In this document: one piece after another, positions 51,445 to 64,000 of the stretch | Position numbering within the stretch: position 1 is the first letter of the stretch | Layout: the number at the start of each line of letters is the position of its first letter | Origin: Adineta vaga | Lineage: Eukaryota > Animalia > Rotifera | Length of the DNA: 64,000 nucleotides | NCBI GenBank assembly: GCA_021613535.1 | Contig: CP075492.1 | Location: 18,600,001-18,664,000, forward strand | Direction of reading: 5' to 3' | The notes under the pieces: model-generated | The model's database searches: none | Told to the model about the DNA's origin: nothing | The model's input: only the letters and a program-made list of their open reading frames with translations | Made by a program: the position numbers and the translations under genes

Positions 51445-53986
51445 ATGGGCAAATCTAAATTCATACGAGTATCTATTCGTAAAGGATCAGCTACAAATCA
51501 ACGAACAAACCAAGTAATTGTAGAGAAGAAAATTATTGAAATTATCTTTTAATCTTTATGATAGATAACACCAAAGAATGATGAACAAGATAATCGAAAG
51601 AAAAAAGTCCAAAGAATATCGAATAATGATCAATCTTCTAAAACTTTCTCGTTGATGAATGAAAAGTATCAATCATCATCTAAAAAAATATTCAAAACTC
51701 ATGAAAAGAAGAAAATGAATGACTCGCATTTGGCTACTTTAGAAGATATCTTTCGATTTCAGTGAGTATAAACATTTTCACATTCTAACATTTATTATTT
51801 TTGGTTACAGCAAACGTAAAACGAATAATAATGATAATAATCGACGAAGAAGACGTTTGAACGCTTGGTGGACTTTTGGTATATTATTTGTTATCAGTCT
51901 TCTTTTGATAGCTCTAGCAATTGGCACATTTTTCCTCATTATTTTAAATGAAAAGTCCACAACAATTTCAGGTGACTATTACTTTATTATTATCGTAAAA
52001 TTTCATATAAACAATTGACACATAAGTTTTACATATTCGGGATGAAAAAAATAATAAAATAAATCTTTCAAATGGATATCTAAAGATAAGAAAAATAACG
52101 AGAGAAAAAACGATATCTCATAGATCTATTTTAAAAAGTTTCATAAAATCGAATTCTTTATATTTACATTAGTCAAATCTTTTTTTGATGAATAAGTTGT
52201 ATGTCAAGAGGAAATTTTAATTAAAAAATAGAAGGTTTCTCTTTGATAGAAAAGAAAAAAAAATACATTTGTTGTTCTAAAACAATAATACAGATAAAAA
52301 TGCATTTTTTGTGTACGCAAAAAGTGAGTACACTCTAGAATCGGTCAGTGTGTCCGGTGTGGGTGTGGGTGAGGTTTAAGAGTAAAGTCTAACCCACACC
52401 CACACCCTCAATAAATATCGTGATGACACAATCATTCGGCAAGTTTATTGTGTTACTCAGATAGAGACACATTTTTATAAGATTACAAAGTTTGAATTGT
52501 TTGTCTTGTACATTTCTCTAACTACCAAACAGGAAATTTGACTCTTTAATCAACAAATAAATTAGACAACAGAACACAAATATTTGTTTAGCTGTGACAA
52601 CAACAACAATAACAACTATAACTGCGTCGACCACAACAATAACAACAACTGCATCAACAACAATAACAACAACTGCGTCAACATCAATAACAACAACTGC
52701 ATCGACCACAACAAGAGCACCAAGTAATATATTGGTTTCTTTTATTAGTGCTAATTTATCTTTTTAAATAAAAGAATGATTCATTTAGAAAATATTTACT
52801 GCTGACTAAGAAAAGTGAGTTGTAAGAATGAAAATGTTTTGAATTTAGGAAAAGTGAGAATAACAGTTCTACAGTAAACATTGATCATTTAGTAAAATGA
52901 TCTGTATAGTTTTATTTATCTGATTGTCAATATTTAACTTTTTGATAATATTTTAATATAAATATAAGAAAATATTTGTTTTTTATAGTGTGGTTGAGTA
53001 CTGGTAGTATGAATTACGCTCGATTTTATCACACATCAACTATATTAACAAATGGAAACGTATTAGTCGCTGGTGGATATGGTAATAGTGGTGTTATGGA
53101 TACTGCTGAATTATATGACATATCAACTGGAATGTGGAATATTACTGGTAGTATGAATAATCCTCGATATGGTCATACAGCATCAATATTAACAAATGGA
53201 AAAGTGTTAGTTACTGGTGGGCAGAATGGTGGAGGAACTTCGGACAGTGCTGAACTATATGATCCATCTACAGGAATGTGGACAAATACTAGTAGTATGA
53301 ATTACAAACGATGTTTTCACACAGCATCTCGATTAGAAAACGGAACAGTACTGGTAACTGCTGGATTTAGTAATAATGGTTATTTAAATAGTGCTGAATT
53401 ATATAATCCATTAACAAACGTGTGGAATATCACTAGTAGTATAATCAATCCTCGAGAATATCACACAGCATCTATATTAACAAATGGCAGTGTGTTAGTT
53501 GCTGGTGGTCGTGATATTAGTGTATCATTCAATAGTGTCCCATTATATGATCCATCAACAAATACATGGATAATCACTAATAATATGAATTACATTCGGG
53601 GAATTCACACAGCATCGATATTATTAGATGGGAATGTTTTAGTTGCTGGTGGATCTTCTGGTAGTATTTATTTGAATAGTTCAGAATTGTATAATACATC
53701 AACAGGTATTTGGACAATCACTGGTAGTATGATTCACAATCGAAGATTTCATCAATCATCTGTATTAACAAATGGAAAAGTATTAGTTACTGGTGGAGAG
53801 AATAGTGTTGGTTCTTTGAATAGTGCGGAATTATATGATCCATCTGCAGGAATATGGACACTTACTGATAATATGAATAATAGTCGATATCATCACACAT
53901 CATCTTTATTGACAAATGGAAAAATATTAATTGCTGGTGGACAGCAAACTAGTGCTTTGAAGAGTGCGGAATTATATCAATCATAA
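51445..53986 (+). CDS. Type II membrane protein with Thr stalk and a 7-blade Kelch propeller (terminal exon 52989-53986)
   Basis: MGKSKFIRVSIRK...; TM WWTFGILFVISLLLIALAIGTFFLIIL; Thr-rich exon 52591-52723; repeated R..HTAS.L.NG.VLV.GG...SAELYDP..G.W. Confidence 0.85.
52356..52411. repeat. Telomere-like foldback element (H16), in an intron
   Basis: GGTGTGGGTGTGGGTG-AGGTTTAAGAGTAAAGTCTA-ACCCACACCCACACCCTCAA. Confidence 0.9.
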
Positions 53987-54634
53987 TCTCTTTCCAACAA
54001 CTGTTATTATATTCTAATCACTTTGTATACTAACTATCCAGATTTTGATTAACTTTTTGGGTCTTTCTCATTTTTTAATAAATTCATCTTATAATAATAT
54101 AAATCTTTATTTTTTATATCTTTTATATTTGAATCATTATTGAACATATCATCTTTACCAAATGAAGAATCGTTTTTGAAGATAAGACTTATTTTCAAAA
54201 CTTTACTCAAGATCTATTCTTGACTCTGTTTTCATGTGAAAATAATAATTTTTTGTTCATACGATGAATTTTTCTAAGAGGTTTACTTTGAATATACTAA
54301 TGCATTATACCATATCGAATATCTTATTCGAAAAAAAATCAAAGTCTGCTCGTTAATCAGTCTTATTGATATGTATTCCGAAACTCTGTCATGAATGTAA
54401 AAATATATTGTTTTATAAATCAGCTATTGTCTTACTCGTTAACATTACATATGATGAATACTTTCTCTTCTGTTTCATTTCAAATACAATACATAATAAG
54501 TTTGATCGGAGATCGTAAAATAAGCTGTAAGATAGAAATCAAACCTGCTGTTATTCGAAATAATGATAAAAATAATATGCAGACCGATGTCAAAGACGTA
54601 AGGTAGGAATCGGTCGGATCCGATCAATTCCGGC

Positions 54635-54698
54635 TTGAGGGGTGGGTGTGGATGGGTGTCGGTTAGGCTATACTCTTAACCCAAACCCGCACCCTCAA
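54635..54698. repeat. Telomere-like foldback element (H17), complete
   Basis: TTGAGGGGTGGGTGTGGATGGGTGT...ACCCAAACCCGCACCCTCAA. Confidence 0.9.
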
Positions 54699-54774
54699 GA
54701 TGGCATTCTTGTTTATATTCTCTCTTTACCTCAAGAAACGTATTACTCAGGTAATTGAAATGAAAATTTATTCT

Positions 54775-55664
54775 TTAAGAAAAACATAATTCACCATTAA
54801 CTAAAATACTTTGTCCAGTAATATAATCTGATTCTTTGCTTGCAAGAAATGAAACTAAGTTTGCAACATCATCTGGATTTCCTGTACGACCAAGTGGAAT
54901 ATTTTTTGTTACATTTGATGCAATTTCATCTACTGTTTGTCCTCGAATTTTTGCTAACTCTTGATTACACATTTCAGTCATCGATGTTTCAATACGTCAT
55001 ATATTTAAAAAAAAACTTCTTAAAATGTGATATATTGAAAAAGAAAAACATACCTGGACAATAAGCATTAACTTTAATATCATGCCGAGCCCATTCTAGA
55101 GCAGCAGTTTGTGTTAAACCTCTTACACCCCATTTTGTAGCACAATAATGACCAATCAGTGAAACTCCTCTATATCCAGCAGTACTACAAGCACCAATGA
55201 TTTTCCCTCCTGTACCTTGTTGGATCATAATTTTAGCTGCTTCTTTATAACAAAGAAATACACCACGCATATTAACTGCAAAAATTCTATCCCATTCATC
55301 TACACTTGTATCCAAAAGTGATTTTATATTACAAATTCCTGCATTTGCAATTACTACCTATATAGAATTAATCAATAAAAGAAAATGGCATAATCAGTAA
55401 AAAAGATATATATACATCTAAGCTTCCCAATTTTTGTACAACTTCTTGCATCATTTCTTCGACCTTTTCCCTAATAGAAACATCAGCAATGATAACAATT
55501 GATTTTTGACCAATTTTTTCAATTTCTTGTTGAACTTTTTGAAGATCAACAGTATTCGATTCTATATCATTAACAGCAATATTGAAACCATCTTTAGCAA
55601 GACGAAGAGCAATTGCACTTCCTAAACCTCGAGCAGAACCAGTTACCAAAGCAGTACGAGTCAT
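54775..55664 (-). CDS. Short-chain dehydrogenase/reductase, acetoin/diacetyl reductase-like; 3 exons
   Basis: [25 protein letters not shown] and YITGQSI motifs. The acceptor of intron 2 appears to read AC instead of AG (near 54996), so the gene may be defective. Confidence 0.8.
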
Positions 55665-56081
55665 TTTTAAACAAATAATAAAATATTATCTTCGTCAGTA
55701 TCTTTTATAAATGAAGTATAAAAAAATAGAAGCCTGAAAAACATATCTCAGTATATTTGACAAGAAAAAAAACATTAGAAGATAAACAAAAGGTAATATT
55801 ATTATAGAACAAAAAATATAATTGTTAAGATTTTGAAGATGTTTTTTTATTAATAATATTTGTTTTCCTTAGACAATAAGCTAGTGACATTGATAGAACA
55901 ATCAACATATACATTGAATGATAAATATACATTATATGCAATTGCTGGCTAAAATATGTCTATAATATAAAAAATTAAAAAAAACAAAAGAATCATTAAT
56001 ATAAAACAAACTAAAAATTACATGCTATTGAGTTTTTCTTATTAGATAAGTGACTTTATCAAAAGATTACAAATAATTTCC

Positions 56082-56391
56082 TTATTCCCTCGGCTGAAGG
56101 ATGGGTCATATGAAAAAAATTAGTTTGTCTGTCTGTAACTGTGTTTGCAACAGGGTCAAAGGACATATAGTACTCCACTGTGTTCAATACTTTGGAGGTA
56201 CTCTCCGACCTTCAAGCTCGGATTCTGCTTAGATCCTCAAATGTTATACTACGTGTGTAGATGAGCAATTGTGGTAAAATTTTTCATGTAACTGTTACTA
56301 AATTCCGCTCCCTAATAGAATATCCGTGTGTAACTAACGATGATTCTACAGTCTCCGGATTAAGGAAGTCGAACCGACGAACGTTACTAGT
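56082..56391 (+). mobile_element. Possible non-autonomous Helitron/Helentron-like element
   Basis: GC-richer island starting TTATTCCCTC, with a TCTG microsatellite near the 5' end and a CTAGT terminus. Confidence 0.35.
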
Positions 56392-56974
56392 ATACTTTTT
56401 GTTAGTAAGTAATTATGAAACAGGAACAATTGTTTGTTCATTTGATGAACAAGGTGTTACATATAACTAAAAGAAAAGAATAAAGAAATTAAATCGTTTG
56501 AAATCTAAATCATTTACTATTGCTTGATGAGCATGATAAAATTCAATATTTCATTCTAAACGATAATGTATTGTTTGAGAATTGATTTGTTCATTTGAAA
56601 ATTTCCACGTATTTTTACGATTTTAGAAATAAAACGAGAAGAGACAGGTATTAATATACAACATCTAAATGAAAAGTAAAATCTTTTAAACAAAACTTTG
56701 GTTAAACTCTCATCATTAGAGATATAATCCTCTCCAATATTATTTTGATTGTAGAATATCTCTCAAGTAAAGTTTTCTATCAATAAAAATAAATCTTAGA
56801 AATGAAATTTGACGAAAATGTAGATTTTTATTTTGAAAAATTATTCTTTAAATAGACGAATAGATTTCTTTTTATAATCTTTATTGATATTTAAATTTCA
56901 TTAAACGTACGGTATAATGATATACATTACTAAACTTGTAAGAATGCTGATTCTATAACTATCAAAATATATCA

Positions 56975-57978
56975 TTATAAAAAAACACCCAATGGAAATA
57001 CAGAAGTAAAAATAATCATAATAAATATTCCAAAAATCGAATAAAAATTTTCATATAAAAATAATTTTCTTGTTTGATCATTTATTGTTGATAAAAAATC
57101 TGAATAAACTTCACGTGTTAAATAATTATTGAATAATTGTGAATAAGTTGTATTAATATCGAACATATTATTAGAATCATCACCTATAACTAAAAAATTG
57201 CTTTTCTATTTTCAAAAAAAAGAAAAAAAGAAATAAATTCAACTGACTTGCAATTGAACTTTGAAGATATTGAAGAATAAATTATCCATTATCTGTATCT
57301 TCTTATTTATTTATATTCCATGTACCTTCAAATTGATTATTCATTTCATTCCATTTTAATTTTATTATAACTCGATGTCCTAATTTTTCTTGATTAATTG
57401 TCGTATAGTGTCGATATTCTTTTATTAGGACTATTCGTTTTGTTTTATTTAAGTATTTTCCTTTGATATCAAATATTCCCACATCATCTGATCCTATTTC
57501 TTTTATTTTCATTTTTGAAGAAGAAGAAGAAGAAGAGAATATAAGTCGAAATTGAAAAAGTCCATGCCAACATTCATTTTGATAATATTGACTTAACCAA
57601 ATACCTGATGGAAAAACATTTACATTTGATGTTATCTTTTCATTAATATTATCATTAAGAAATTCATTAAATATATTTTCACATCTGCTATTATCATGGA
57701 AGACTTTGCGCAATATTAAGAACACAACTATAGCAATAATTCCACTAATAATTAATGCACCCGTGAATCGACATTCAGGTTCATGACAAGTTTTCGTTTG
57801 ATGATGAATACTACTTCTTACATAACTACCTATCAATATGAAAATATTTTAGCGAAAAAGTAAGGTAAATAAATTTACTTCCACTCAAATGGCGACTACC
57901 ACTACTACGTGCACCTTGACAATGAACAAAACTACCAAAACAAATAATAAACAGGAGTATATGATAAATGAATTTCAT
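56975..57978 (-). pseudogene. Signal peptide plus single-TM hypothetical protein with internal stops
   Basis: MKFIYHILLFIICFGSFVHC, intron, TM GALIISGIIAIVVFLIL, GSDDVGIF..KG domain; stops at 57303 and nearby; a further exon-like hydrophobic segment downstream. Confidence 0.5.
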
Positions 57979-58499
57979 TTGACTATAAAAAAAAACAAAT
58001 ATTTTGGCTAATATAAATGATTACATTATGAAGAAAGAATAAATCACTATAAGAAAACGATTGTATCAGGAAAATATTTTCATTGTCCAGATGTTCTATT
58101 CTCTCTATTATTTATTATGTCTAAGTGAGAAAATAAGAAGAAATTCATCATCCTTGATCTATTCAGACATATGTCATGTAGATGGAAAAGAATATGAACA
58201 TTTATTGTTGATATATAAAGAAGACAAATATATTGATATACATATTGTACATGTGTCGATATAATTATTCAATAGATTTTATCAGTTGAATATTTATTAT
58301 GATTAATATTAATTCATTGATTAGAAAAGATATAGAAATATTCTATTTAGATAATATAAGAAAAAAACGTATTCAACGAATCCATAAATGAAAAAAAGTC
58401 TTGGCAACAAGTATTTTTTTGTCATTCGAATAAATTATAAAAATTAATGATCGAAGATGAATCATATGATCAATAACATAAATTAAACATTGTCGATTT

Positions 58500-59504
58500 T
58501 CAAGTCCAATTGCCAGATTCAATAAATAAATTGTTTGTGAGAGAAGCAAATGTTACATTGTTCGAAAAGTGACTTGTTTTGGATAATACTGTAAAATTAG
58601 TCTCCAGATTAAATAGATTAATAATAGCATCGACACATGATTGATTATACAAGCATTGAAGTTGTGAGAATAGTAATGATTCAATAAAGTATAGTGATGG
58701 GTAGAAACCAGGCACTGGAACTTTTATGAGATTTCCATACGTGTCGTAGATATCTATTCCAGTTTGCAGTTACAAACTGGCTCAGAGAATAGGGAAAATA
58801 TAGTGCCATCATTATCATTAAAGCAAGCTATAGTAGGCTGAAAGTAAACCAATAAACGTTCTGTATTGTTTATTCCCATATACATGAAATAGTTTGTGTT
58901 TGATTCATAAATAAATTGATTGGCGCTTGTCGTTTGACACATCATCCTTAATGGACGCGAGAAACGATCAGGTGTGAGATGTTGAACATATTCTCCTTCA
59001 GAATTCATTTGAGATACGAAAATATCTAAGGTAATCAAATTTGCAGTGACAAATTGCGATTAATAGAATATCTTAAGGGCATTATCTACTGTTATATTGA
59101 CTATAATTCACAAAATGATAGAAGTAATTTGAAGACAGGTCCATTTCGTCGAAAAGTAGATAAATCCACCAATCTGATACAAAGTCACTGAAACATATTT
59201 CATGATAGCTAGGAATCAATTCAATATAATATTGAAACGATGTAGAAAGCTGAGAACATAGACATTCAAGAGATGGTAAATTAGTTTGCTGCTGAAGATC
59301 TAATACTTTACCAAGCGAAGGATTAATTACATCTATGCGAATTGTTTGCTCAGTTATTGCTGTATACATCGCCACTATGATAAGAGAAAGTAAACAAAGA
59401 ATAATATAAAATCGAGTAGACAAACGTTGAATTCGAATACTATCAACATCATTAGCGTTTGTCTCGAACAGATTTAATTCAGATATCCATTGAAAGAATG
59501 GCAT
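58500..59504 (-). pseudogene. Fragment of a large Cys-containing membrane protein family
   Basis: LNLF...STRFYI+TM, CLCSQLS...YHEICFSDFV and PGF...ESLL.SQLQCLYNQSC motifs broken by stops and frameshifts. Confidence 0.6.
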
Positions 59505-60461
59505 CTTCTTGCCTATTTCAAACGAGTAATTTATTCAACTAAAAAGCTAAAAGAATTTAGTGAGCACAAAGCATAACAATTGCTTTCATATGTTCTTATA
59601 ATGAAATTGGCTTTTATTTCTACAGGAACCATAGTAAAATACAATTTCCAAAGAAATTTAAACCTTCACTATCCTATATAAACTAGATGAGTTTTTTTTA
59701 TTAAAGTAGCGTATACAGATGCATTTGACACATCGCTACTGCTGTAATAGAAGAACATAGAGATGATATTAACTAAAAACTATAAACAAAGGCACATTCT
59801 GAAGTGTTAATCTTTGATTTCAATCTGATGCGCTTCTTCAAATTATTCGAAATATTTATTTTCTTTCACATACTCTTCATACAGCTTTATTTTTCCAGTA
59901 CAATTGATTTCGCTAATGTTTGATATTTTGTTATCGGGAATTTCATGCCCTCGTTACCAAATAGAGCGAATTGACACAACAAAGAAGAAAAAAACCTTTT
60001 TTTTCTTTCAGCTTATATAAACTGAAATTCCTGTTCAAAATATTCATACAAAAATATTTGTTCTTTCATCATTTTGTACAAAGTTAAAATTGTTTACTAT
60101 ACTATAGATGTGGAGGATGAAGACTGAAATAGATATGTACCAAATTCACACCCATTTAGTATTCTTTCCAATGACACAACAATTAATATTAAACAACAAA
60201 GTGTCTATCCATTTCGTTCCCGTCTTGTTACAACAGCTCTCATACGCAATGCGTCATCAACAGCAGGTCGTCCTGGTCGTCGTAAATGTAGAACTTTGAC
60301 GAGTTTTTTTTTGAGTTCAGGTAATGATAAAGCACAAACGAAAGGAAAAAATAGTAATAGAAAATAACTGAAAAATACTGCGTATGTATGAGGTCATGAC
60401 AAATCTCAAATTGGTTCCAATTTCTAGCAAAACACTTTCCACTGATATCTTACTTTTACGA

Positions 60462-63400
60462 CAGATATCAGACATCTACTTTCAATGTAAAATTTGAAAA
60501 TTCTAATTCAAATTCAATACAAATCAATGTCTAACCACCGATAGTTTTCTAAACTGTATCAGATAGAAGATATCAGATATTTACTTTCAATGTAAAATTT
60601 GAAAATTCTAATTTAAATTCAATACAAATCAATGTCTAACCACCGATAGTTTTCTAAACTGTATCAGATAGAAGATATCAGATATTTACTTTCAATGTAA
60701 AATTTGAAAATTCTAATTCAAATTCAATACAAATCAATGTATAACCACCGATAGTTTTCTAAATTGTATCAGATAGCAGATATCAGATATTTACTTTCAA
60801 TGTAAAATTTGAAAATTCTAATTTAAATTCAATACAAATCAATGTCTAACCACCGATAGTTTTCTAAACTGTATCAGATAGAAGATATCAGATATTTACT
60901 TTCAATGTAAAATTTGAAAATTCTAATTCAAATTCAATACAAATCAATGTCTAACCACCGATAGTTTTCTAAACTGTATCAGATAGAAGATATCAGATAT
61001 TTACTTTCAATGTAAAATTTGAAAATTCTAATTTAAATTCAATACAAATCAATGTCTAACCACCGATAGTTTTCTAAATTGTATCAGATAGCAGATATCA
61101 GATATTTACTTTCAATGTAAAATTTGAAAATTCTAATTCAAATTCAATACAAATCAATGTATAACCACCGATAGTTTTCTAAATTGTATCAGATAGAAGA
61201 TATCAGATATTTACTTTCAATGTAAAATTTGAAAATTCTAATTTAAATTCAATACAAATCAATGTCTAACCACCGATAGTTTTCTAAACTGTATCAGATA
61301 GAAGATATCAGATATTTACTTTCAATGTAAAATTTGAAAATTCTAATTCAAATTCAATACAAATCAATGTCTAACCACCGATAGTTTTCTAAACTGTATC
61401 AGATAGAAGATATCAGATATTTACTTTCAATGTAAAATTTGAAAATTCTAATTTAAATTCAATACAAATCAATGTCTAACCACCGATAGTTTTCTAAACT
61501 GTATCAGATAGAAGATATCAGATATTTACTTTCAATGTAAAATTTGAAAATTCTAATTCAAATTCAATACAAATCAATGTATAACCACCGATAGTTTTCT
61601 AAATTGTATCAGATAGCAGATATCAGATATTTACTTTCAATGTAAAATTTGAAAATTCTAATTTAAATTCAATACAAATCAATGTCTAACCACCGATAGT
61701 TTTCTAAACTGTATCAGATAGAAGATATCAGATATTTACTTTCAATGTAAAATTTGAAAATTCTAATTCAAATTCAATACAAATCAATGTATAACCACCG
61801 ATAGTTTTCTAAATTGTATCAGATAGCAGATATCAGATATTTACTTTCAATGTAAAATTTGAAAATTCTAATTTAAATTCAATACAAATCAATGTCTAAC
61901 CACCGATAGTTTTCTAAACTGTATCAGATAGAAGATATCAGATATTTACTTTCAATGTAAAATTTGAAAATTCTAATTCAAATTCAATACAAATCAATGT
62001 CTAACCACCGATAGTTTTCTAAATTGTATCAGATAGAAGATATCAGATATTTACTTTCAATGTAAAATTTGAAAATTCTAATTTAAATTCAATACAAATC
62101 AATGTCTAACCACCGATAGTTTTCTAAATTGTATCAGATAGCAGATATCAGATATTTACTTTCAATGTAAAATTTGAAAATTCTAATTTAAATTCAATAC
62201 AAATCAATGTCTAACCACCGATAGTTTTCTAAACTGTATCAGATAGAAGATATCAGATATTTACTTTCAATGTAAAATTTGAAAATTCTAATTCAAATTC
62301 AATACAAATCAATGTCTAACCACCGATAGTTTTCTAAACTGTATCAGATAGAAGATATCAGATATTTACTTTCAATGTAAAATTTGAAAATTCTAATTTA
62401 AATTCAATACAAATCAATGTCTAACCACCGATAGTTTTCTAAACTGTATCAGATAGAAGATATCAGATATTTACTTTCAATGTAAAATTTGAAAATTCTA
62501 ATTCAAATTCAATACAAATCAATGTCTAACCACCGATAGTTTTCTAAACTGTATCAGATAGAAGATATCAGATATTTACTTTCAATGTAAAATTTGAAAA
62601 TTCTAATTTAAATTCAATACAAATCAATGTCTAACCACCGATAGTTTTCTAAACTGTATCAGATAGAAGATATCAGATATTTACTTTCAATGTAAAATTT
62701 GAAAATTCTAATTCAAATTCAATACAAATCAATGTATAACCACCGATAGTTTTCTAAATTGTATCAGATAGAAGATATCAGATATTTACTTTCAATGTAA
62801 AATTTGAAAATTCTAATTTAAATTCAATACAAATCAATGTCTAACCACCGATAGTTTTCTAAACTGTATCAGATAGAAGATATCAGATATTTACTTTCAA
62901 TGTAAAATTTGAAAATTCTAATTCAAATTCAATACAAATCAATGTCTAACCACCGATAGTTTTCTAAACTGTATCAGATAGAAGATATCAGATATTTACT
63001 TTCAATGTAAAATTTGAAAATTCTAATTCAAATTCAATACAAATCAATGTATAACCACCGATAGTTTTCTAAACTGTATCAGATAGCAGATATCAGATAT
63101 TTACTTTCAATGTAAAATTTGAAAATTCTAATTCAAATTCAATACAAATCAATGTCTAACCACCGATAGTTTTCTAAACTGTATCAGATAGAAGATATCA
63201 GATATTTACTTTCAATGTAAAATTTGAAAATTCTAATATAAATTCAATACAAATCAATGTCTAACCACCGATAGTTTTCTAAACTGTATCAGATAGAAGA
63301 TATCAGATATTTACTTTCAATGTAAAATTTGAAAATTCTAATTTAAATTCAATACAAATCAATGTCTAACCACCGATAGTTTTCTAAACTGTATCAGATA

Positions 63401-64000
63401 GAAGATATCAGATATTTACTTTCAATGTAAAATTTGAAAATTCTAATTTAAATTCAATACAAATCAATGTCTAACCACCGATAGTTTTCTAAATTGTATC
63501 AGATAGAAGATATCAGATATTTACTTTCAATGTAAAATTTGAAAATTCTAATTCAAATTCAATACAAATCAATGTATAACCACCGATAGTTTTCTAAATT
63601 GTATCAGATAGCAGATATCAGATATTTACTTTCAATGTAAAATTTGAAAATTCTAATTTAAATTCAATACAAATCAATGTCTAACCACCGATAGTTTTCT
63701 AAACTGTATCAGATAGAAGATATCAGATATTTACTTTCAATGTAAAATTTGAAAATTCTAATTTAAATTCAATACAAATCAATGTCTAACCACCGATAGT
63801 TTTCTAAACTGTATCAGATAGAAGATATCAGATATTTACTTTCAATGTAAAATTTGAAAATTCTAATTCAAATTCAATACAAATCAATGTCTAACCACCG
63901 ATAGTTTTCTAAACTGTATCAGATAGAAGATATCAGATATTTACTTTCAATGTAAAATTTGAAAATTCTAATTCAAATTCAATACAAATCAATGTATAAC
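60462..64000. repeat. Tandem satellite, 105-bp unit, about 34 copies, running off the window end
   Basis: ATAGTTTTCT recurs at 60541, 60646, 60751 and so on; units are nearly identical with about 4 variable sites; no ORF in the track. Confidence 0.98.

Noticed and set aside
1385-54698. Foldback elements as a strict integron-like array with one gene per cassette
   Set aside because: Intervals hold zero to six genes, one copy is intronic, and no integrase is present. Kept only as a weaker hypothesis.
60462-64000. CRISPR array or coding repeat
   Set aside because: No unique spacers, no cas genes, and no ORF in the track despite the 105-bp period.

Overview
AT-rich eukaryotic DNA with short (~50-70 nt) GT-AG introns. 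The gene families (LDLa/EGF-GPCR, ART-TPR, F-box/LRR-like, NHL and Kelch propellers, DUF3494) and the TGTGGG-type repeats point to a bdelloid rotifer, probably an accessory or subtelomeric region; this is an inference. The window holds about 20 genes and pseudogenes, a P-superfamily DNA transposon, four MITEs, two LINE fragments and a Penelope-type hammerhead ribozyme, and it ends in a 105-bp satellite. Two candidate systems stand out. (1) About 16 dispersed 50-80 bp foldback elements, consensus TTGAGGG(TGTGGG)n-loop-(CCCACA)nCCCTCAA, are made of telomere-like repeats and repeatedly sit where genes, transposon fragments or duplicated segments are abruptly cut off. (2) Four conotoxin-like precursor genes (signal peptide, propeptide, (K)R site, Cys-rich mature peptide) share a gene structure (TATA box, intronless CDS, intron just after the stop codon) but have four different cysteine frameworks, one a classical inhibitor cystine knot. 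All calls were made by eye; no database searches were run.
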